From Octopus bimaculoides (Eukaryota): a stretch of 59,323 nucleotides of DNA. The stretch spans positions 15,623,560-15,682,882 of the forward strand of contig NC_068993.1 in the NCBI RefSeq assembly GCF_001194135.2, written 5' to 3'. A program made the translations under genes and the position numbers. The notes beneath the pieces are model-generated. The model had not been told where the DNA came from, did no database searches, and was given only the letters and a program-made list of their open reading frames with translations. This document shows, piece by piece, positions 49,975 to 59,323 of the stretch (the first letter of the stretch is position 1; each line of letters opens with the position of its first letter).

Positions 49975-50110
49975 ATTAACGGACACCTAGAGGACGTGCA
50001 CAACAAATATATGTATCAGCATAACGCCCGGTAAAGTGAGAGGGCTTGACGTTTCGAGCACAGCTCTTCGTCGGGGAAGAGAAAGGGAAAAAAGTCAAAA
50101 GAATGAAGAT
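49975..50110 (-). mobile_element. Short HHR-bearing repeat, family H1
   Basis: Minus strand ttaccgggcgttatgctgatac after the HHR matches ttaccgagcgttatactaatac at 42258-42280. Confidence 0.65.
50045..50079 (-). ncRNA. Minimal hammerhead-like motif, CCGACGA core
   Basis: CTT-cc-CCGACGA-A-GAGC-tgt-GCTC-GAAAC-GTC-AAG: perfect stem II, GUC triplet, stem I offset by two C. Confidence 0.6.
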
Positions 50111-51939
50111 AAATCACCAGAGCACGTGTGCTTATATAGAAAAACCGTTCCTTTGTTGTTAGAAGTCTGCTTTCAGTCACATGGCTGCAGGTTCATTCCT
50201 ACTCGGTGGAACCTTGGCCAGTTGTATTTCTGCTAGAGACAAAAACTGAAAGAATGCAGTTCTGCATTTGTGTGTGTTTTTCAGGACAATCATTATGTGT
50301 GCATATACATATAGATATAATAGGAATTCAAAGAATCAGTGTTCGTGATATACATACAGAAAGATTGAGTGAATGAGAGAGTGAGAGGTAGAGGAAGAGA
50401 TAGATGAATATTAAATAAAGAATAATTATCTATCGCTCTATCTACCTTGCTATATGTATATATATATATATATNNNNNNNNNNNNNNNNNNNNNNNNNNN
50501 NNNNNNNNNNNNNNNNNNNNNNNNNNNNNNNNNNNNNNNNNNNNNNNNNNNNNNNNNNNNNNNNNNNNNNNNNNNNNNNNNNNNNNNNNNNNNNNNNNNN
50601 NNNNNNNNNNNNNNNNNNNNNNNNNNNNNNNNNNNNNNNNNNNNNNNNNNNNNNNNNNNNNNNNNNNNNNNNNNNNNNNNNNNNNNNNNNNNNNNNNNNN
50701 NNNNNNNNNNNNNNNNNNNNNNNNNNNNNNNNNNNNNNNNNNNNNNNNNNNNNNNNNNNNNNNNNNNNNNNNNNNNNNNNNNNNNNNNNNNNNNNNNNNN
50801 NNNNNNNNNNNNNNNNNNNNNNNNNNNNNNNNNNNNNNNNNNNNNNNNNNNNNNNNNNNNNNNNNNNNNNNNNNNNNNNNNNNNNNNNNNNNNNNNNNNN
50901 NNNNNNNNNNNNNNNNNNNNNNNNNNNNNNNNNNNNNNNNNNNNNNNNNNNNNNNNNNNNNNNNNNNNNNNNNNNNNNNNNNNNNNNNNNNNNNNNNNNN
51001 NNNNNNNNNNNNNNNNNNNNNNNNNNNNNNNNNNNNNNNNNNNNNNNNNNNNNNNNNNNNNNAAAACAAATATAACATTATCAACAGCAGTAAGAACAAC
51101 AACAAAAACAGTATACGACATGTATACAATACACAAGCCGCAATCACAAATATGCATACAAATAGAACGAAATATATGCGTGCGTGTTAATCTATGTATG
51201 TGTATGTTTGCATGTAGATATTTTTATACATATATAGGTACATATGTGTGTGTATACATGCATATATACATTTATTTATTCATAAATATATGTATGTATA
51301 TGAAGAGGCAAAAATGGACGAGCACGTAAATAAGGCGTTATATCATATATACACGTATACGTATGTCCATGTCCATGTGTGCGTGTGTGTGTTTTATGTA
51401 TGAGTATATATATAAACTCACGTATACTTACATTTGTTTCCCTCCATCACTTTAAACAACAAAAAATGCATATGCATGCACCTACGAATCCGCCTCTAGC
51501 AACCATTTTTCATTGCAACATAGCGTTCATTTTAACATTGCGTCATTTGCAAATCTGTCCGCTTCGTAGTTTGTTTAGTTGGTTTCAAAATTTCTGATAT
51601 TTCAACAAAAGATGCTCTTTTCGGTTTTTCTTCCTAATCTACCATCCTTCCATCCTCCATCCTAAGAGAATACGATATATCAGCTATTGTTCCTAGGGTA
51701 GTTTTGTTTTATTTTACATATATATTTTTATATATGTTCTTGTTTAAATAATCATTTTCGTTGTTCCTTACACCTTCTTTAGTTTTTCTTGCATTTTCAG
51801 CTCAAATTTTTATATTTATTTCTATCGTTATTTGTAAGTATGTATATGAATGTATAGGGGTACATATCTCGGGTACAGAAACGTACATGCACAAGCACAA
51901 AAACAAATGCACTTAAGCACACGCGTGCGTGCGCACACA

Positions 51940-52014
51940 TACGAGCATATACATATACATGAACATACACACAACAGAAATATGTATTTACAATATGCAC
52001 ATAATTATACGAGC

Positions 52015-52067
<53 letters not shown>

Positions 52068-52080
52068 TGTGTGTGTGTGG

Positions 52081-52128
<48 letters not shown>

Positions 52129-52155
52129 NNNNNNNNNNNNNNNNNNNNNNNNNNN

Positions 52156-52202
<47 letters not shown>

Positions 52203-52356
52203 GTATATATATATAAATATAGATAGATAGATAGATAGATGCAGATATGCTTATATATGTGCTTTGATATATTTACATAAATATGTATATAACCACACAC
52301 ATGAATAGATGTGCACACCTATGCGTGTGTAGATATATATATATATATATATACAT

Positions 52357-52403
<47 letters not shown>

Positions 52404-53127
52404 NNNNNNNNNNNNNNNNNNNNNNNNNNNNNNNNNNNNNNNNNNNNNNNNNNNNNNNNNNNNNNNNNNNNNNNNNNNNNNNNNNNNNNNNNNNNNNNNN
52501 NNNNNNNNNNNNNNNNNNNNNNNNNNNNNNNNNNNNNNNNNNNNNNNNNNNNNNNNNNNNNNNNNNNNNNNNNNNNNNNNNNNNNNNNNNNNNNNNNNNN
52601 NNNNNNNNNNNNNNNNNNNNNNNNNNNNNNNNNNNNNNNNNNNNNNNNNNNNNNNNNNNNNNNNNNNNNNNNNNNNNNNNNNNNNNNNNNNNNNNNNNNN
52701 NNNNNNNNNNNNNNNNNNNNNNNNNNNNNNNNNNNNNNNNNNNNNNNNNNNNNNNNNNNNNNNNNNNNNNNNNNNNNNNNNNNNNNNNNNNNNNNNNNNN
52801 NNNNNNNNNNNNNNNNNNNNNNNNNNNNNNNNNNNNNNNNNNNNNNNNNNNNNNNNNNNNNNNNNNNNNNNNNNNNNNNNNNNNNNNNNNNNNNNNNNNN
52901 NNNNNNNNNNNNNNNNNNNNNNNNNNNNNNATATATATATATATATATATGCATATTTTTTTATTTATCTTTGTATTGCTTCATATTATTCTTTTTCCTC
53001 GGAGCTATATCATATTCCCATTATATATATATATATATATAAATGTGCACACATATATACATATAGATATGCACACATGTAACATTCACATACATACATA
53101 CACTCACACACACACACATATATATAC

Positions 53128-53164
<37 letters not shown>

Positions 53165-53175
53165 TATATATATAT
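51940..53175. repeat. (TA)n/(CA)n-dominated tract with gaps
   Basis: Directly visible; source of the YI/HT-repeat ORFs. Confidence 0.93.
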
Positions 53176-53694
53176 CAAACATTACGGTGTTCCACGCTTC
53201 TTATCCTCTGCCTTTTTACCTCTTTTTCACTTCTCTCACTTCTCTTTTATTCTTATCGCCCCCACTACCTCCAACAACAAAACTTGTCCCTATCCCTCTA
53301 ATCTTCTTTCTCCTCCACCACCACCTCCTCCTCTTCCTCCCCTGCTCCTCCTCCTTCTCCTCCATCCCCTCCTTCTCCTCGTTCTTCTTCGTCTTCAATA
53401 CAGATTGTTCATTCTTGTCCGGTCGATAATACCTAGAAGAATATGAAATACAGATGAACATCAATTATATTATATTTCGCAAGGAATCCCCTCCACACGT
53501 CAGCCATTTTATTTTTGCGTTTCCTTATAATCACTTCTACCACCCCCACCCCCACCCCCTTTTTTTCTCTTGTCGCTTTCCTCCTTTCACTTTCTTACAT
53601 CCTTCTCTCTCTCCCTTTGCCTCTGTCTCTCACTCCACATACATACACACACACACACGTATATATATATATATGTATATATTTATACCCACCC

Positions 53695-53738
<44 letters not shown>

Positions 53739-54356
53739 NNNNNNNNNNNNNNNNNNNNNNNNNNNNNNNNNNNNNNNNNNNNNNNNNNNNNNNNNNNNNN
53801 NNNNNNNNNNNNNNNNNNNNNNNNNNNNNNNNNNNNNNNNNNNNNNNNNNNNNNNNNNNNNNNNNNNNNNNNNNNNNNNNNNNNNNNNNNNNNNNNNNNN
53901 NNNNNNNNNNNNNNNNNNNNNNNNNNNNNNNNNNNNNNNNNNNNNNNNNNNNNNNNNNNNNNNNNNNNNNNNNNNNNNNNNNNNNNNNNNNNNNNNNNNN
54001 NNNNNNNNNNNNNNNNNNNNNNNNNNNNNNNNNNNNNNNNNNNNNNNNNNNNNNNNNNNNNNNNNNNNNNNNNNNNNNNNNNNNNNNNNNNNNNNNNNNN
54101 NNNNNNNNNNNNNNNNNNNNNNNNNNNNNNNNNNNNNNNNNNNNNNNNNNNNNNNNNNNNNNNNNNNNNNNNNNNNNNNNNNNNNNNNNNNNNNNNNNNN
54201 NNNNNNNNNNNNNNNNNNNNNNNNNNNNNNNNNNNNNNNNNNNNNNNNNNNNNNNNNNNNNNNNNTTTTGTTGTTGTTCATCTCACGCTTTTTCTGACAT
54301 TCCAAACCCACCTATAACTGCCACTAGCGCACGTCATCTCCTCAAACATGTACATG

Positions 54357-54397
<41 letters not shown>

Positions 54398-55024
54398 AAG
54401 ATACCAAAGACTTGATATTCTGGAAATGTATTCGCCTTAAAAGTTGAAAGCAAAAACTAACCTTAATGGGGGGGGAGGGAGGATTTAAGTCCTATTTTAA
54501 CTACAGAATATTATTTTTAGATTAATGAAACCGGGCACCTACTGGAATCGTTATCCCTTTGAACTAGGTGTTAAGCAGTATTTTTCCTGCTTACATTCCG
54601 ATGACTTTACTTTTCATGTTATCGGAATGAGCACTGGATCCGATGAAATCAACTAATATCCTTCTCGCAAATTTTTAGGCTTTGTGTTATTGTTGAAAGT
54701 ATTATGTTTAGACTGTGGAATAAGAAGTTTTAGTTTCATAAAAGATAAAGGAAAGATTAATATAGTTTTAATATAGTTTTAAAGAATTTAGTGCTAAGTT
54801 AATATTCTACCTAATTATAATCTTGCGTTAATGATGTATGTTTGTGCAGATGTTAATTTTGTTTAGAAATTAAAATGTTTTATTAGTTTTATACGACGCT
54901 AAGGAATAATTAATCTGGTTTAAAGGATTTTAAGTGTAATACGAATTTTTTAAAAAAACTACATTATTTTAGAGTGTTTGTAGTTAATTTCGTTTGGAAA
55001 TTAAAATGTCTTAGTATTAGATTG

Positions 55025-55410
55025 AAATTTTGGCACAAGGTCAGGAATTTTAGGGATGGTTGTGAGTCGACTATATTCTTTTTTATTCTAGACACAACAC
55101 CCGAAATTTGGGGGAAGGAGGCCAGTTGATTAGGTCGATCCCAGTACCCAACTGGTAGTTAATTTATCGACCCCGAAAGGATGAAAGGCAAAGTCGACCT
55201 TGGCGGAATTTGAACTCAGAACGTAAAGACAGACGAAATAGTGCTAAGCACTTCGCCCGGCGTGCTAACGATTCTGCCACCTTGCCGCCTTAAACGGATG
55301 AAAAGCAAAGTCAGTCTCGAAAGTATTTGAACTCAAGAGGTAAAGACGGACGAAATACCGCAAAGCATTTCGTCCGGCATGCTAACGATTGTGCCAGCTT
55401 ACCGCCTTAA
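55025..55410 (-). mobile_element. Head-to-tail array of three SINE family A copies/fragments
   Basis: 55025-55080 tail fragment; 55090-55290 well preserved (gatgaaaggcaaagtcgaccttggcggaatttgaactcagaac); 55292-55410 a second 5' half. Confidence 0.9.
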
Positions 55411-55661
55411 GTTGGGTCAGTATTAGCAAAACATATATATATTCTCTTATATCGTAGTATATTTCAGTTAAATGTTCTAAACATGAAAAGGTCTAGGGAC
55501 GGTAATATCAATGGTTTTTTTTACTAGTGACGTCATGGGTTTGGTTTCTCGAACGTACTTATATGAAGGGAACTCTCAACGCTGACTGCATACTCATGGT
55601 TGTCTGAATATGTTAATCTGGAGCTGGGTAAAGCCTGCTAGAGTATCTGCTCTGTGTTCAT

Positions 55662-55707
55662 TGTCCGGAAACCTTTCGTCACACATCTGTGACCTCTTCA
55701 GCGACAC
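55662..55707 (-). ncRNA. Best-preserved minimal type I hammerhead-like motif (family H5)
   Basis: GTGTCG-CTGAAGA-G-GTCAC-agatgt-GTGAC-GAAA-ggtt-TC-CGGACA: canonical core, 5-bp stem II, UC site, stem I UGUCG/CG(G)ACA. Confidence 0.7.
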
Positions 55708-55835
55708 TTTCTGTCTCTGTGTGTGCCCTACCCTCACTTATATCATAGAATGTGTGGCTCTTGCTTTGCTTATTTCATAGAAAGAAATAAGTAGAGCAAC
55801 AGCACACACGGAGACGGGAAGTGTCGATGAATGTG

Positions 55836-55847
<12 letters not shown>

Positions 55848-55929
<82 letters not shown>
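55848..55929. repeat. (GATA)n/(GACA)n
   Basis: Directly visible. Confidence 0.97.
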
Positions 55930-56344
55930 NNNNNNNNNNNNNNNNNNNNNNNNNNNNNNNNNNNNNNNNNNNNNNNNNNNNNNNNNNNNNNNNNNNNNNN
56001 NNNNNNNNNNNNNNNNNNNNNNNNNNNNNNNNNNNNNNNNNNNNNNNNNNNNNNNNNNNNNNNNNNNNNNNNNNNNNNNNNNNNNNNNNNNNNNNNNNNN
56101 NNNNNNNNNNNNNNNNNNNNNNNNNNNNNNNNNNNNNNNNNNNNNNNNNNNNNNNNNNNNNNNNNNNNNNNNNNNNNNNNNNNNNNNNNNNNNNNNNNNN
56201 NNNNNNNNNNNNNNNNNNNNNNNNNNNNNNNNNNNNNNNNNNNNNNNNNNNNNNNNNNNNNNNNNNNNNNNNNNNNNNNNNNNNNNNNNNNNNNNNNNNN
56301 NNNNNNNNNNNNNNNNNNNNNNNNNNNNNNNNNNNNNNNNNNNN

Positions 56345-56383
<39 letters not shown>

Positions 56384-57519
56384 CTCATGTTATCTATGTG
56401 TGTGTGAATATGTGTAAGCATATATTTTTCTATGCAATCGTATTTTATATTTATATATGTATTATGTATGTATGTATGTATGTATGTTTGTATATATATA
56501 TGCATGCATGCATATATTTATGTATGTATGTGTCTATGTATCCTTGTGTGTATGCGTATAACCAAACATCTTACTATAATTTTCTTCTTTTCATATACCT
56601 TCACAAAAACTCCAGGTTTTTTCTCCTTCTACCTTTTTTCTCGATCAGATTTTATTCCAGCGATACTACAGGTCCGTCATTGTTATCTGCAGTAACGTAA
56701 TGAAGACATGCGCTGCAGTTTGCAATTGAACTATTACACAAGGGTTATAAAAACAGGAGTCTTTCATTCTTCAAACTTTTCATTCACGTTGCTATCCATT
56801 CTGTGATTCCATTCTTCAAATATTATACTTGGAATCGCTTCAAGAATGAAGATTGCTTATTTCCTATATCTCAGACTATCTCTTCTGCATTTCTGCATGC
56901 ATAAACACACGCTTACACACACAATTTCACGCACACACAAACATGTGCATATATAAATTATTTGCACACACAAGCACACAGACACAATCAGATATACATA
57001 TATGTGTGTGTATGTATATATGTATGTACGTACACACATATATACATGCATGCATACGTACGTACATACATACATACATGCATGCATATATTTACACGTA
57101 TGCATTTGCGTGTGTGTGTGTGTGTGTGTGTGTCTGTGTCTGCGTATGAATTATTTCATATTTCGTATCCTAGCAATAGATCAATATGATTTTGTTTTCT
57201 ATCTTTTCTTTTACGGATCAATGTGAATTCGATCCTCCGAAGTAATCATTTATGCATCCTGTAATATCCTATGACATATATTTAAATACACACTTCGCCA
57301 GTCAGATATTCAGGTAGGTAGCCAGATAAAAATTAGCTTTATAATATTAATGCATACTTACATAATAGTTATATCGAAATGACGAGTATGAGGTGGGAAA
57401 GAAAGTCCTGCTTTATTTTGGATAGGATGACTTTGAGTGAACTTCTTCAATACTGAAAGTAAAATAAGTATTTTTACATTCTAGAGTCTTTTACTTTGTT
57501 TATTTAAGGATTGCTTTAT

Positions 57520-58080
57520 AGCACAGCGGTTAAATTCGTGTCGAGTCTACTCTTTGCAGACAAGTTTAAATTAGCCCCACATCAGAGACTGCCTGTTGCA
57601 TGAATTCAAAAGTGGTTCTTCAGCACTTTGAACAGGCAAGAAATAGTCGTTTTGCCAACCAAAAAGGAAGTCTCCCAACATGCTGACGATTGTTTGACCA
57701 GATTGGCTCGAGAAATTTTTCTCTCACAGATTCCCGTTGATTTTGACGGTAAAATTCTGTCAATATTAAGCTTCAGAAAATTGCAGTTGAGGAAAACTCA
57801 AAGCAAACTGAGCGAAAAGGAACAAAATGATTCAATTCCAGTCACATAAATCATAAACATCTTCATAAACTAGGAGAAGTGTCTGAACACTAGGTCCCTA
57901 AGTATCTGGAGGCTTTCAGCTTAATAAAGATGTTGCCTGCTGTTCATCATTGAAGAGTTAGTTTTCTTCTCTGTAATCATCTCCAATGAAAAGGGAGAGT
58001 CCATCTATAAACCTGTTAAGTTAGCTGAGCAGTTGGATATGAAAACCTTGTATATGTCGACTCTGGTTATGGCTTCGCAG
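57520..58080 (-). mobile_element. Possible decayed LINE RT N-terminal region
   Basis: Minus strand MDSPFSLEMIT...FMIYVTG...SFLVGKTT loosely follows the D.P.T.EEI / FN.I..TG / GF..GR.T order; weak. Confidence 0.3.
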
Positions 58081-58149
58081 TTTCTAACATGGAAATCTGA
58101 ATTACGTCATTGATAAACTTGATCTCGTGTTGATGACAGCTATCCAAGT

Positions 58150-58215
58150 TACTGCATTGCATGTTCGAACCCGAAACTATGTGTTGGTGAAGCAAGCTTC
58201 GGAACTATACTGCCT
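58150..58215 (-). mobile_element. SINE family B head fragment
   Basis: gaacccgaaactatgtgttggtgaagcaagctt. Confidence 0.65.
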
Positions 58216-59271
58216 TATTTGTTGCCCATATATATAATGTTCAGCCATCGAAATGGTTCGGTGTGTTTGTATCATATGTAAATCAGGTAATAAAAGCCAC
58301 TGAGGTGTCCTTTGATTTCAAGAGATTGACAAGGGAAAAGCATAGAGATAATGGTGATGTAATATGATTAAATTAAGATATGTCGTACGCAAAAACACAT
58401 TCACAAACACACACACACACATGCACACATGTATGCTTATATGAATATAATAAAGGACCAACATGCGAGTACAGTTTTCCATTAATAGTAACCTTCTTTC
58501 AGCTATAACATAGGAATGTGGAGAGGGGACAGTAGGAAGAAAACAAAGTATTATAAAAAAAAATGGTAGGCTAGATAAATTAAAACATCTCTAGTGAATT
58601 GACAGAGTAGGATAGGGCGAGGGAGAGAACTTTTTTTAAAAAATTACTTCCATTAAGCAAAACAGGCAGCTAGGTGATCAAACAATGAAATACAAAGCGG
58701 AGTTGAAGAAAAACAGACGAAGAGATAATTAGAGAAATAAAGAAGATATGAGATGAAGAAACATTGACTTCAATTATAGAGGGGAGATGGATATCAGGAC
58801 TAATAAGTAATATGTAGGAAGCATTGGAAAAGCTCAGAAAGGGGGAAGATAAGGAAATTGGTATAAGCAGAGGTAGGTTATGTTGAGAGTTGGGAGATTG
58901 AGTGAATAGTAAGAGAAAGAAATAGAGAAACAGAAGCGAGCAAGAACATGGTGGAGAGAGAAACTCTGGCATATAGGGACGCTTGGAAGAAAGCGCTATG
59001 ATGAGAAGACACAATAGTAGTAAGACACAAGTAAAGAAAAATAAGCATGGCTCCTTTTAATGATGTGGATAATTAGAGAGATAACGATCTAAGACAAGAT
59101 GTGGCGAAAAAAGGAGATTCTAAGAGATACACGGAAAAATGAACGCATGACCTCCAGATTTACTTGACAAAATACGCTGGGAAATGAAGAGATGACGATT
59201 TTCTCATTCAAAAATTCAATGACCAACACACACAGATATACGCACACACACAAAATCACTCACACACAAGG

Positions 59272-59277
<6 letters not shown>

Positions 59278-59323
<46 letters not shown>
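59278..59323. repeat. (TA)n
   Basis: Directly visible. Confidence 0.97.

Noticed and set aside
56660-56720. Strong plus-strand acceptor-like tract, and minus-strand VTADNNDGP (cadherin-like)
   Set aside because: All frames close within about 30 codons; the motif does not match DxNDNxP.
1389-57226. Long ORFs with poly-V/L/Q/N, YI, HT, CV, SL or X runs
   Set aside because: They are translations of microsatellites or N-gaps, not genes.
1-59323. CRISPR arrays, rRNA, prokaryotic operons
   Set aside because: No repeat-spacer arrays or rRNA-like sequence; the DNA is repeat-rich eukaryotic sequence.

Overview
AT-rich, microsatellite-saturated animal DNA from a draft assembly, with about 22 N-gaps (~7 kb), most flanked by (TA)n. 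The SINE complement looks like an octopod genome (inference from recalled repeats, not a search). No host protein-coding exon can be supported; the long ORFs in the track come from microsatellites or N-runs. The window contains: (i) about 35 copies or fragments of several tRNA-derived SINE families, partly in head-to-tail arrays; (ii) decayed LINEs (RTE, R4/Dong, probably RTEX); (iii) Tc1/mariner remnants and one mariner MITE with intact TIRs; (iv) one candidate promoter/first exon on the minus strand near 17.3-17.6 kb. The main unexpected signal is eight minimal type I hammerhead-ribozyme (HHR)-like motifs plus one doubtful one, carried by at least five short repeat families. One family is a tRNA-headed SINE, and several motifs share a non-canonical CCGANGA core. 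Motifs were read by eye; catalytic activity is untested.
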